Origin: Minutocellus sp. GHC0000111
Lineage: Eukaryota
Length of the DNA: 64,000 bases
Direction of reading: 5' to 3'
NCBI GenBank assembly: GCA_977018835.1
Contig: OZ361259.1
Coordinates: 1,426,001-1,490,000, forward strand
Shown: positions 11,352-23,215 of the stretch, one piece after another
How the letters are laid out: each line of letters opens with the position of its first letter
Numbering within the stretch: position 1 is the first letter of the stretch
Notes under the pieces: model-generated
The model's input: only the letters and a program-made list of their open reading frames with translations
Database searches by the model: none
Told to the model about the DNA's origin: nothing
Translations under genes and position numbers: made by a program

Positions 11352-14300
11352 TTAGAGCTCGCGCAGAGCTCCCGGCTGCATAAGAACAACCGCGTGGGCC
11401 TGTCTTTGATTGCTCACTTTACCTTGAAGGCAACGGGCTCGCATAAATTTGGGTGTCACTAAAAAAATCTTTGCATCTTCTTTTTCCAACTTGAACATTG
11501 GAATCCGCCCAACCTCCTCGTACTTCTTGTAAAATGTCCGGAAGTTGAGTTCATCGTCATCGTGTACATCAACCATACGCAATACGGCCATCATTGCGGA
11601 GCCTCGACCAAGCTTTCCACCAACAAACTTGTCAAATTCACTGAAGCTTAGTCTTCCTGTTTCTTGGGGAATCTTTTCTGGGAGATATCTGTCAATGGCC
11701 AGCCTTGGCTGTCCTCCCTCACGCTCCAGAACAAACGATGTCTCAAACGTACATCGGACGAGACTAGAAATTTTGAACTGAAATCTCATCCCCCCAGTTT
11801 TGTTCAGGACTCGCCCCGTTCTCCCCGACGGCACGGGCGGCTGCGCGGGCGCCGGTGCTGCAGCTGCTTGACCAGAGGAGCCAAAGCCAGGAGCCCCTTC
11901 GTAGTCTATTTGACCTCCATTCGCTGCGGCGAACGACACTGGGGCAACCTTTGCATATCCACGCGAAGGGCCAGACGCAAAGGGCTCCCCAGAGTACTGC
12001 TGGCCGTAGGGCTGAGAAGGATGAGTTGCACTGCCAGCGGCGAATGGCTGAACAGGAGCATGGGCCTGCTGGTAAGCATTCATGTGCATTCCTGGTCTTT
12101 GTGATGTCGGAGAAAGTTGGGCCGGCATGCCCATGGCCATACCACCCATTCCGCCCATGGCCATTCCGCTCATGCCCATACTGGGGCCCTGCGGTGCTTG
12201 CGGATGCTGGGGCGGTGCTGCTGCCGCCGCTGCCAACCCCACCTTGTTTTTGAGCAGGGCCTTGATGTGAACGCTTGTGGCTGAGGCCGGCTTTGGTGCG
12301 CTTGGTGCCGCCATGGTGCTACTTGACAAGGGAGGAGCACTGATCTCCTTGGTATTGATGGTTTTGCCGGCGACCTTCTTTTCCTTCGCGGGACTCGTTC
12401 CAATTCCAGGTGTAAGGACGATATCCTTCTTTGCCTCTTCTTCGGCCTTGATCCGCTTCATCTTGGTGGCTCGACTAGCTAATTCTTCAGGTGACATTTG
12501 AATCAGATCGGCGATGGACAAGTTACCCGTCAAAACTCGTGGGGCAAGTGTAGGATTCTTGATGTCCTCAAGATTCGACTTGAGAATGCGGACTCGCTTT
12601 TTGTACTCGCCTGAGATACGCCTTGCCGACTTTTCGCCGCTCCTTCCAAACTCGGCATAAAGTGCTTGCTCGAGCTCCCACGATTTCATGGCACAGAATG
12701 CTTCTGCATCAGCGTCTGTCGACGGGTCAATTCCCAAAAACTTCATGCCTTTCAGAAAACTCTTACGTAGCATCGATTGGGCTCTTAGACGTAGATCACC
12801 ACGGAACAGCGTGTCTTCCTCCAGAGCTACATTCAATTCATCGCCCTCCTCAAACTCGCTTGCGTATTTGGCAATGGACTTGCGCCTCGCCTACGAATCG
12901 AGATATTTCATGCGGTCTTCCACGACGGTCCTCGGGTCTTCAAGACGACGTCCCGACGGTCTTACAATGTTCTTGTTGAGCTCCATGCGATAGATCGAAG
13001 TCTCGTCTCCAATAAACTCAACTCCAAACATCCCGTCTTCTGGATTGTAGGACACGATCTTGGCCTCGTACCAGTCGGTCGGATCGCCCTCATCATCGGA
13101 GTCGGAATAGTAATTCTCATCGTCCGAATCCTTGTTTTCGTCTTCCTCCCAATACACCTCCACTTCCTTTCCAAGCAACCTGTGAGCCCACATCTCATGG
13201 GCTGGATCCCGAGCGGCATCATTACTGGGAAGTCTTGCCGGCACAAAGGGCCCGCCTTCTTCGTTATCTGCAGCGGTGATGGTAAAATGCTGAGATTTGT
13301 TCTCAATGGTCCGTGCCAGCTTTTGAGTGGACCTCCCTCCCCCCGAATCATCACGGCTTGGCGCAGCATCGTCAGACGCAATCATGCTCGGTTGCTTCGG
13401 AGTGGACTCATCATCTTCATCACTTGATGTGGGTTCCATCCGCAGCGACTGGATATTCTCCTTCTTGGCACTGTCGGGTATCATCAAAGTGGTGTATTCT
13501 TGGAAGCGGTCCCATTCTCGGATTGTCCCGTACCGGCGCTTGTTCGCCAAGGCCAGATCCTTCCACTTGACGCCCAGCTTATCCGCCACCTCGAAGCATG
13601 TTTCGTCGTCCAAAGTGCAGTAGTAGGCCTCGTCGACATCGACAAATCCGGGCTGATAATCCTTCTTGACCTCGGTCGTCACCTTTCTCCGCTTCGACTT
13701 GCCGCCCTGCGGTTGAGATGCCGCCCTCCTGCGCCTCTTGGATTCGTCGTCATCGTTTGTGCTGGCGTTGGTGGTGCCATCACTACCGCTGGTGCCTCCC
13801 TTGACGTCACCTGACCCATCCCACTCGGCCTCCTCCTGCTCCCTTTGATTATTCTTGAGCTTTTCCTCCAATTCCTGGACGCGCCGACGCAGAGCCTCGG
13901 CTTCGGCCTGAGCGGCGGCAAAGGCCGACTCCGTAGCCGACTTTTGCTGTTGCTCGTCGCTGTCATCCTGCTTCTTTTGCGCTTCCTCCTCATCTCTCTT
14001 CTTTTTGAGCAGCTGAAGAGGCATCTCGTCCTCCTCGTCGGAATCTGCTGCGGCTGCGGCCTGTTGGTGATGGATGGACTTTTTACCCTGATGGAGAAGC
14101 TGCACGTCGTCCTTGGGCACGGGACGGTTCGGCGAGGCCAGAGGTGGAGTCGGCGGCCGAGGCGGCGGCGTGGGAGGTCGGACCTCCATTGTGGGGCTAC
14201 TGGAAGGGCTAGGACTGGGGCTAGGACTCTGGCCAGTGCTGGTGGTATTTGATGCCTCGTTGGATTCCGGTACTCCCACGCCCTGTCCCTTGCGTGAAAC

Positions 14301-14816
14301 TACCAGCTTCTTTCGTTTTGTCGACGGAGTTGCTTCCTTTTTTGTGTCGAAACTCGTCACGCCGGCAGACACCGGCGGCAAAACATCATGCTTTGGAACA
14401 TCATCATTATTATTGATGATGGCATCAATTTCCATGTCGGTCGGCTCCGAACTGCCGCCGACGGCATCACCGGCCTCGGTGCCGACTGCATCCTGACATG
14501 TGCTGGAAATTTCACGCTCGCTCTTCTCTGTCTCCATTGCCGACCCTGGCGACGATGTTAGCGCTGGGGTTGCGGTATCTGAATTAGTTGGAGCAGAAGG
14601 AGTCGAAGGTGCATGAGGCATGGCAGCAACTGCTGGCGCATTCGACGCCGCCGGTGACGGAGCTGCTAAATGCGTTGCCGCCGCTGGTTCTACCGGTGCG
14701 TCAGATGATTCGAATGTGCCGGCGCCAGATGATGGCGAGGCAGATACAACAACGACCGCCTCGGCCGCCGAAGCCGAAGATTGATCCGTATCTGCGCTGC
14801 CGTCTTGAGTCTCCAT
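11352..14816 (-). CDS. PHF3/DIDO/BYE1-like protein: LysM-like + Tudor-like + TFIIS central domain + SPOC-like; in-frame TAG at 12891-12893
   Basis: TFIIS-M: ELEQALY..YKKRVRILKSNLEDIKNPTLAPRVLTGNLSIADLIQMSPEELAS; Tudor-like LLGKEVEVYW..WYEAKIVSY..FGVEF; C-terminal SPOC-like (GRLSFSEFDKFV..IFLVTP); the two ORFs share a frame. Confidence 0.7.
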
Positions 14817-15223
14817 GTTGCTCAAGTTACTACGAGCTCGTACTAGTAGTACGCTTGACGGTTTGTGCTGGTTTTCAAAGGTGCTGGCAGAGTTTTAAAG
14901 GAAGGAGAGGCAGGGAAAACGGTATCCGGGGTCCAATGCCCCTCTATTCCACAACCAGCAAACACCTAACTTGCCAAATCTCTCTCCCCCGTGTTTACCA
15001 CTTGTATTTACGGGGAGTCCCCTTTGGTCAAATTTCCTAACTTGGATCTGGTCACGTGTGGTAGGAAGCAATTTCAAAAAAATCATTTCCCCTATGCTTC
15101 GTCACTTTAGCATTGCAACTCTGGCTTCAGTCATTTCGAGCGACTTGACTTCTCGTCCATTGTAAAGCATCTTGAACACCTTGGGGCTTTTGAGTGGGGT
15201 CTACTCGTACTCGTGCGTCCAAG

Positions 15224-16444
15224 ATGATGCGCCAGAAGCCTGCTGCTACTGCTGCCAGCGGCAGTTCCAATTGCGCATGCGACGACGAAGAAGATACTCC
15301 CAGTTGCTGGATATGCTTGGACGACGGGAGCGAGGAGCCGCTGCGCAGGGAGTGTGCCTGCCGTGGAGCGGCCGGTTGGGCCCATCTCTCGTGCCTGTCC
15401 GATTATGCAACGACGAAGAATAGGGACCTACTCAAATCGTTCGAGCAGAATCCCTTGACGACGGAGCTTGGCAACCTTCTTAACTTCGGCGTAGTATGGT
15501 GCCAATGCTTCAACTGCAAGCAATATCATGGGGAATCGCTCAAGCTCGATCTTTCCCGTGAGTTTGTCGAGCGCACCGGCAACGATTATCGAGAAAATGA
15601 CCTGATAAGAACCCAAGCTCAGTTTCAGTTGGCCAAGGCTCTGGTGGCCGATAGCAATCGCGGCAACCGGCCACAGAAAATGTTGAAACGCCTGATATCA
15701 TTGATCAAGACGCGAGGGATTTCTTTTCCAGAGTCGGTTCTTGCGGTCAGTCCAGACGCTCCACAAGCTTTTTCTGACGAGATCATAATTTGTTGCTTGA
15801 TTTCCTTAGGGGGGATATGCCGCGAGCAGAAGGATTATCTCAAAGCCCTCGACGCATTCGAAGAAGCACGTACCATGTTGGAAGAGTCGGGAAAGGTGCA
15901 CCGATTGAAGTACATGGATTATCTCATTGCTGGCGTGACGGAGGACATGGGTGCTGAACCGACGGAAAAGGAAGCGCGTCAACGCATTGAGGTGTTGCGA
16001 AAGCATATTGCCGAACTTGATAAGTTGTTTGGGCCGAATCACGCCGGAATTTCCAGGAAAAGATATGAACTTGCTTGCTATCTTTCCCATCTCGGCGATA
16101 AGGAGTGTGTAGAATGTTTTGAGATCCTCGAGGACATGGTGCAGCGGTGCAGGGCGGTGTTCGGGGCTGACCACCCAGAGACTAAAAAGGCGGTGACCCA
16201 TTTGGAGGATACAAGGAGGGCGCATGCCGAACGGGAGCGTATGAGGACCAAGTCGACCAAATCGAGGCGCTCGAAGAAAAAGAAATCGTCAGTTCCAAAG
16301 AACCAGCAAAGTGACAAGCATTCCGCCAAGACGGAAGAGGAAGCTGATGCCGCTGCCGCTGCGTTACTTGCCGAGCTCAACCTTGACGAAACAAAGAAAG
16401 TTCAGAGGAAGACTAAGAAGAGAAAGGGGAAGAAGAAGAAGTAG
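15224..16444 (+). CDS. RING-CH (RINGv) zinc finger + TPR-like helical repeat protein
   Basis: CWICL..LRRECACRG.AGWAHLSCL..WCQCFNCKQ; kinesin-light-chain-type TPR motifs (LFGPNH, VFGADHPET); basic C-terminal tail. Confidence 0.8.
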   Translation: MMRQKPAATAASGSSNCACDDEEDTPSCWICLDDGSEEPLRRECACRGAAGWAHLSCLSDYATTKNRDLLKSFEQNPLTTELGNLLNFGVVWCQCFNCKQYHGESLKLDLSREFVERTGNDYRENDLIRTQAQFQLAKALVADSNRGNRPQKMLKRLISLIKTRGISFPESVLAVSPDAPQAFSDEIIICCLISLGGICREQKDYLKALDAFEEARTMLEESGKVHRLKYMDYLIAGVTEDMGAEPTEKEARQRIEVLRKHIAELDKLFGPNHAGISRKRYELACYLSHLGDKECVECFEILEDMVQRCRAVFGADHPETKKAVTHLEDTRRAHAERERMRTKSTKSRRSKKKKSSVPKNQQSDKHSAKTEEEADAAAAALLAELNLDETKKVQRKTKKRKGKKKK

Positions 16445-16599
16445 GCTGTTATTTGTTTGGGGCACGATTGCATATGTATGTGTTTGCATGCCTCATGCAA
16501 TTGGGATTAAAATGTACCTCTCGGATGAAAACAACGTCTTCAAATAATTATTACGTAGTAGGCTAGCCTTGTATGTACAATTCAGTTCGCTCTCCAGAT

Positions 16600-17322
16600 C
16601 TAATAAAAGATCGTATTCTTAGCGTAAAGAAACCGGAAGGCTCCCAACATTAGAAGCGTAAACCAGCATTGCCGAAGAAGCTCTACTCCATCGACCGGCT
16701 GGTGCATGACAAATGCCAACGCTAACGCTCCACTGATGCGCAAAATACAATAGTCCACGAAGGTCTCCAAGACCGACTTGAGTAACGCTTCATCGGTAGA
16801 AATGGACGCCACCAGATAACTCTCATTCTTTAGCGCAGCCAAGATCCAAGCCAAACTTATCGTCGCATCCCTTTGCACCAATGTCCCCAGCGTTGTCGGC
16901 ATTGTAATCGGAAGTAAGAACCCCTCGAGGCCTTCAACACCAATTGCATCCGCCAAACCAAGGAGCTGACAAGTCAGAAGGATTGTTATCAAATCGCCAA
17001 GCAATAGACGGCTTGATTCGATATATGTCATTCTGGACCAAAACGACGGGACCTCGTCGCTTTGATCTGTATCGGGTTTTGCGATATTTCCATCATTGTC
17101 ATCGTCATTGTTGGACATGAATATCGATTCTCGTTGATTGCTTATGCTTTGCATTGTTCTTCGCTGTGCTATGTCAGGCGGCATGGAATATGACCGTACG
17201 CGCACAGAACCTTGCGGCGCATATCTATATGCCGGGCTTGCGAATGCATCGCATCGACTCATCAAAGTCCCCAGCACAAAGCAGAGAATGAGAAGGACTG
17301 CAGCAAAGTTCGGCCGAAACAT
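16600..17322 (-). CDS. Predicted plastid membrane protein (DUF3054-like)
   Basis: Signal peptide + CDA-FAS motif, transit-like region, several hydrophobic helices (LLGDLITILL.., AWILAA..). Confidence 0.55.
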   Translation of the reverse strand: MFRPNFAAVLLILCFVLGTLMSRCDAFASPAYRYAPQGSVRVRSYSMPPDIAQRRTMQSISNQRESIFMSNNDDDNDGNIAKPDTDQSDEVPSFWSRMTYIESSRLLLGDLITILLTCQLLGLADAIGVEGLEGFLLPITMPTTLGTLVQRDATISLAWILAALKNESYLVASISTDEALLKSVLETFVDYCILRISGALALAFVMHQPVDGVELLRQCWFTLLMLGAFRFLYAKNTIFY

Positions 17323-17790
17323 GATGAGGTGCATTGCCTATGAGGGGAGGTTCTCGGTCGTTCCACCGGCTGGAATTCAATAGCAAGATGCGCAAATGGA
17401 AGTCTGAAAGGCGCAATTCGGCTGGGCATGAAGCAACAGCACTTGCGGCATTGCTTCAGCTACCAGTATTGCTTCGTTCCCAAGAATGACGGAAGTTTCA
17501 GTCAACAATCAATCCGTCTTTTCGTCTGGCAACCGTGACGACGGAGGACGGACCGACCAAACGTCAAACGCAGCGCAGAAAACGAGGAGAGCAGGCAGGG
17601 GCGAGCGGAGCAGTAACATCTGTTGACTGTACCTTGCAGTTGCGCCATTTACCGAGCGCTGTTGTCGCAATTTATTAATCAATAAGAGGGAGAAACGGGG
17701 TGGTCTCGTATCTGACAGAAGACCCCACACGATAAATTTACAACTCGACCGACGCGTGACGCACACAGACACAGCACCGGCACAACCACC

Positions 17791-18282
17791 ATGAAGTTGG
17801 CGAAGGACGTAACCACCCACCTATTCAAATACGTCAAGGTTGTTGACATTCGGTTCAACCCTTTTGATGGCAGATCCAAATCGGTCAAGGAGCTTTTGCG
17901 GCAAGTGCAAGCCACGAGATATAGCAAGGCCAACCCGAAGCTGGAGATCAAGAAGGCAGTTCTGGCCACGGCCGACGCACCCTTTGCCCATTTCCAGTTC
18001 GTCGACGGCAGTGAGGTAAGTGCGGCAGTTGCTGGGCATGGGGCTACCGTTTCAAGTTTTCGGGGCGTTACAACATCGTTTACGCGGTGTTCATTCTCGT
18101 AATGGTATGCTTCACAATTTGTGTGCTCATTTATTCTCTCCGCTTTGCCCTCTTGTATTACCACACAGCGTAAGTTTGACGCTCAAGAATTCCAAGTAAA
18201 GGAAATATTATCGGAAGTATTTCAGCATGCAACAAACATTGACAATGAATATGAAATTGAAGGGAAGTCGATTGATGAATAA
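17791..18282 (+). CDS. MRPL53: Mitochondrial ribosomal protein mL53 (yeast L44-like), 2 exons (17791-18015, 18169-18282)
   Basis: FKYVKVVDIRFNPFDGRSKSVKELLRQV..ANPKLEI..FVDGSE; GTAAGT donor and CACAG acceptor give in-frame RKFDAQEFQVKEIL..DE*. Confidence 0.8.
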
Positions 18283-18352
18283 TGTTGGTTGCTGTGTAGG
18301 AATAATACAGTAGAGCTACAATTTTATGATAACATGGGTGCGCCGGCTTAAG

Positions 18353-19537
18353 CTATCGCTCCTCGAGACATTCTACCATATCCTTTACAATCTCAAATAC
18401 TGTCCCCAATTTGCAACGCTTGCCTACAGAGGCGAGAACATGCGGCACAAGCGTTTCTTCGCAGTGCAGGTCCAAGGTATGAATGATCGACGGATTAATG
18501 TCTAGATAAAGATGAACGCCCGAGCGCCATTCCATGCTTTCCAATCTGGCGATCAGCGACAATGCCGTTGCTCTCGTTGGTTTTTTCTTTAGCATGGTAG
18601 CCACAGCCGAAACGGATAACATCACCTCCAAGGATGCCCTCCCCTTCTCGACCAGCTCAAGAGCAGTCGAGCCCTTGGCCGTGCGCTCTTGAACAGAATG
18701 TGGATGAAGCTCAAGGAGATATCGCACAACTTGAATTGACGATCCATCGTCTTCTTGTCCGCAAGAAATATGAACAGGCAACCTGCCTCTACTGTCTTTC
18801 TGAAAGACCGACTCGGGGCAAAATTTGCACAAGAGCCGAACAATATCAAGGGAGGCCGAGTATGCACATGAACAATGTAACGCCGTTCTGCCAATGTGAT
18901 CAGCATCAGCTGCCGATTGTGGACGTTGTTCCAGAAGATATTCAATTACGTCAGCACTGCTTCCAAACTCCACCGCTTGATGGAGCGGAGTACGACCATA
19001 ACGATCTGTTTGTCCGAGAGCACTGGGACAAGCTTCCACTAGAGCCGAGACGAGCTTCTTGTTGGCACCTAATGACACAGCCATAAATAGGGGTGGAACT
19101 GCTCCCGACGCAAATGTAAAATCATGCTTGGTACGAGCAAGGTGAGGGTTTCGCTGAATTATCGATAGCAACCCATCGTTATTGAATGTGTCTCGCTGGG
19201 CCGATGAGTAAGGCGCCAAGTTGAGGCAGGAAATGAACTGCATGGACCGCGATGAAGGAAAAGGCGGGAAGCAAAATTGAGAAGAGTTCTTTTGAAAGTA
19301 GGAATTAGTCAGGGAAGTGACACCAAGTAAGTAAGTGAGCATCTCTTGTTGACACGCAACACTTACCTCCGCAGTCATTGCACTCGTAGAAGTAAAAGGT
19401 TGCAGCCGCCATCGACCTCCATTCTTAACTGATGCGCTCATTCTCCGCCAATGGTGATGACATTGATGCCAGCTTGACTTGACATTGGCAGCTGATTCTG
19501 CCCACTTGATTCTCGCTGGTGTTGTTGTTCTTCGCAT
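18353..19537 (-). CDS. Ankyrin-repeat protein (start and a possible intron near 19200-19366 uncertain)
   Basis: Repeated D..GRTPLH.A / GRTALH / GRLPVH motifs. Confidence 0.8.
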   Translation of the reverse strand: MRRTTTPARIKWAESAANVKSSWHQCHHHWRRMSASVKNGGRWRLQPFTSTSAMTAEVSVACQQEMLTYLLGVTSLTNSYFQKNSSQFCFPPFPSSRSMQFISCLNLAPYSSAQRDTFNNDGLLSIIQRNPHLARTKHDFTFASGAVPPLFMAVSLGANKKLVSALVEACPSALGQTDRYGRTPLHQAVEFGSSADVIEYLLEQRPQSAADADHIGRTALHCSCAYSASLDIVRLLCKFCPESVFQKDSRGRLPVHISCGQEDDGSSIQVVRYLLELHPHSVQERTAKGSTALELVEKGRASLEVMLSVSAVATMLKKKPTRATALSLIARLESMEWRSGVHLYLDINPSIIHTLDLHCEETLVPHVLASVGKRCKLGTVFEIVKDMVECLEER

Positions 19538-19709
19538 GCGAGCATGCGTACCTAGGTACTGTATGCGCGATGCATCGGAAGCAGGTGATGTCGATGGGAG
19601 GCGCCATCAGCACTTGATACTGGAAGAGTGCGATAGTGCGATCGCGATGAAAAGTATGCAAGCATTTTTTTAACCTGCAAGCCTCATTTTTTACCCTCGC
19701 CGATCGACC

Positions 19710-20462
19710 ATGACGAACAACCAACCGCCGAGAGAAGGATCCGCCACCGTTTCCGCCCCCAAGGGACTGTCAAGTGGTTGGGATCTCATAGGTCTCTTTG
19801 CGCTCTCGGTATTTCTCATCATTTTGCTACAAATCTTGACCGCAAGATACATCCGGCAACGAAGTGCTGGAACCAAACAAGATCGAACCGACCTCCACAT
19901 TCAAAGGCGGATCCAGCATGCGACGACTGGACTGGTTTTCGTGGCAATATCGTACATAATCCCGCCACTGCCCGCAGCAACAATGTTGCTGGTTGCCGAT
20001 GTGGCGTTGTATGCTCTCCATCGGGCGAGATTACGGTCGGAATCAGCGCAGAAATTTTACATGAAGTTATTCGGCGCCCTGCTTCGACCGCACGAGCGGA
20101 CCAGCCTACCGGGAGCATTCTACTTTATATTGGGGACGGCGGCAAGCCTGGCGTTTCCAATTAATGTGGCAAGATTGTCAGTGTTTTGCCTATCTCTCGG
20201 AGATCCGGTCGCAGCAATTGTCGGAACAACAATAGGAGGGCCAAAACTTGTTGGGGGTAAATATTGGAGCGGAACTTTAGCTTGCTTTGCCGTATGTTTT
20301 GTGTTGGGTTATGGGATAATGGGTTTCAATCCAACGTGTTCGACCGCTGCAGGGTTGTGTGCAACCTTGGCAGAATTATTCTCTTCTATCATTGGCATAG
20401 ATGACAATTTGCTCATACCTATTTCAACGTGTTTGGGTCTGCACATTTTGGCAGAAAATTAG
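19710..20462 (+). CDS. CTP-dependent kinase of the dolichol/phytol/diacylglycerol kinase (CTP_transf_1-like) family
   Basis: RRIQH, LLRPHER..LPGAFYFILG, LSLGDPVAAIVG, GK.WSG, IDDNLLIP; multiple TM helices. Confidence 0.8.
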   Translation: MTNNQPPREGSATVSAPKGLSSGWDLIGLFALSVFLIILLQILTARYIRQRSAGTKQDRTDLHIQRRIQHATTGLVFVAISYIIPPLPAATMLLVADVALYALHRARLRSESAQKFYMKLFGALLRPHERTSLPGAFYFILGTAASLAFPINVARLSVFCLSLGDPVAAIVGTTIGGPKLVGGKYWSGTLACFAVCFVLGYGIMGFNPTCSTAAGLCATLAELFSSIIGIDDNLLIPISTCLGLHILAEN

Positions 20463-20559
20463 AAACTAGTCAAAGGCCTCAATGAGCCCCTGCAATAGTA
20501 GACAATTTAAAATGAGAAGGGAATTTCATTCATACGATCGCGACATGCTTTATTCTACT

Positions 20560-22923
20560 TTACATGTCGCACTTCTCTAGCATGGAGACCATAGTTTTGG
20601 CTTCAGTTTCGCCGTCGTCTTTCTTCATTTCAGGAGGGACGCAGTCTTCGGAGCACCAGTTGGCCACCATGTGTTGTTTGAGGATGCGTTCCTCGGCCTC
20701 CTTCACCTCGCTTACGTCGAGGCAGATGAGTTGCTCGCAATATTCTTGGTTGATCATAAAGCAACGGAACTCCAAGTTAGGAAGTTTACCTCCCTTGATG
20801 ATGAGCCGAACGAGATCTCTCATGTTGGATGGCTTACTGCCATTCACACTCCTCAAGATGAGGTATTGCTTGTGATGATATCCAACGTTGACCTCATCTG
20901 CCAAAACCTTGGACAGGACAATGACCTGCTCATCACCCTTGGCTGGGTCGGATGATATCGCATTGTATGAAGGGATTCCCTTCTTTCTATGCGCACTGAT
21001 CCACGGCCAACTCATGGGGACAAAGACGCAACCACCACATACGACGTAACTGGGATGGGCATCAAACTGATCGTAAACGGGGCACAAATAGCGATTGGCC
21101 CGGAGAGGCACCTGTAACGTCATCGGCTCGCCATCTCTCACAATACCAAGCTCCACGGTCTTACCAACGCGATGGCGGGTGATGAGATAGCTCTTGCTAA
21201 TTCGCTCGTAGGGACGGTCTGTGGAAAGAGGAATCGTGCCGTCCTGGCCGACCTCAATTCCATCAATGCTCAGGAGAACGTCATCAACCTCAAGAGAAGT
21301 CTTGGCATCACCCTCGGCATCCTCGCCGCCATTGTCCATGGACACATCCAAGTCAATGAGAGGGGAAGGTGCCCACACGCCAGTGACACGAACTCCGCCC
21401 CCGTCGCCCTCGTCCTTGAGACCGAGCCTCTTACGAAGAGCCTTGCTTTCAAGCGTCTGCGTGTTGGCGCCCAAACCAGCAATACCGGGCACCATGCGAG
21501 GGCCAATAACGCCAACAACGCCCTTCTTGGAATTGTCCCCGTCCTTGGCCTCATCGCCAGAGCCATCTACCTCCATCTTTTCGCCACCATCGGACTTCAT
21601 CTCCACCGACTCCTTGTTGACTTCGGCATTCAAGGCCGATCGTTCAAGTGGGCTGGCCTCCAGCCCATCTTCGGTCATTTGCATAAAGTGACTTAGAACT
21701 TCGGTCGGGATGATGTATCCGATGTTACTTCCACCGCGCAGGTGGCTGCTGGCAATACCAATGACTCTGCCGAGCTCATCAAAGACCGGTCCACCGCTGT
21801 TGCCCTGTAATTGATAAGTTACTATGAGTGAGCAATAAGTATATAAAATCAATTGAATATAGTGTTAGTGTTGAAGTAAGAATATATGAACAAGGATATG
21901 CCACGGATACGCTAATGTGTAATTAGGGAAACGCACCGGGTTGATGGCGGCATCAATTTGAATCCGAAGGACACCATGGCTGTTGACGTCGACGCGGGAA
22001 ACGACACCGCGGGTGACGGATATTTGCTGCCCACCACGAGGAAAGCCGACGCACGTCACATTCTCATCCAGGCGGGGAAGGATGGGACAAAGCGGCAAAC
22101 CACTGGCCGTAAGGGCGGTGGCATCGGTGTCGCCGGACTTGCTAGCTTCAGCGGCGGCGGCAGCATCGTCCTTGGCGGAGTTGTCCTCATTGGCGGCGGC
22201 ATCCTTGTTATCCGACCCATCAGCATCAGCCACGGCCTTCTTGCCAAAGAAGGCGGCCTCATCGTTGACGCTCAAGACGGCCAGATCCAGAGGAATGGAG
22301 ACCCACTCCACGGTACAGCTGAACATGACGGGCGACAAAGACTTGCGAGCCCGGACGTGGGTGCAGTTCCGCACGACGTGAGCGTTGGTGATGATGCGGT
22401 TGCCCGACACGAGGAAACCGGTTCCGGATGAGGACGATTGAGTCCTGGTCCTCCAGGGCTCGGCATAGTTGGCCTCCACTCGTTGGACGATGAGCTATGC
22501 ATAGTGTATATGTTGTGATTAGGAGAGAATCGGTTTTGATGAGACCTAATTGATAAATGACTTTGGCTGCAAAATTGGCTTGCTTTCTCGTACCTAGACT
22601 AGGTACGTGAATGCAATGCATTCATGCACATACATATGCCGATTTTCACTTGCAAGATACATATACAAAAGATACGCAACTAATAACTTGGCAATCACCA
22701 AGATGAACCCAAACAAACTCACCTTGACGATGCAGGAGTGGACCATCTTGGTCTGCGCCTTGCTCGGCGCTCGGGCCACCGTCCCCGACCGACGTTTCTT
22801 CCTTCCTCAGGCACCGCCGGCGGATGCACCGCCATCTCCTTCATCGCCCTCGGCATCCGGTGCCGGCATGGGAGGCGTCTCATCGGCAATGTCGGCGTCG
22901 CTCTCGTTTCCGTCGTCGCTCAT
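20560..22923 (-). CDS. Deg/HtrA serine protease (Deg2/9-like, two PDZ domains); introns 22495-22722 and 21805-21936; frameshift near 22810
   Basis: SGTGF, ITNAHVV (His), DLAVL (Asp), IQIDAAINP|GNSGGP (Ser; joined by splicing), PDZ DDVLLSIDG, PSYVVCGGCVFVP. Confidence 0.88.
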
Positions 22924-23215
22924 CCTTTGTCGTTTGAATGGTGTGGGAAAGTCTGGAGCGCCAACAGAGGGACGTTCAGGGTTCAGGGGGGATACAAACT
23001 CTGACCTCCGCTCCGCTCCGGCCAAAATAGTGCCTCAAAAGCTATTTTGTAGTGCCTGCAATCGGCGACGTTCGGCGAACTTCGGCGATGCTAGCCGTTC
23101 ATCTGCTCACTTTTTCTCCAAAGCGCAAAGAACAAAGGCAAGCAACAAGTTATCACAAAGCACGAAACTAAACCCATCAGCCGCCCTTGCCGCCACCACA
23201 ACGCTTGCAACCACC

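Noticed and set aside
22607..23215. Long N-terminal extension of the SDR ORF (481 aa in the ORF track)
   Set aside because: It is the antisense of Deg exon 1 plus promoter; the ATG at 23216 directly precedes the Rossmann motif
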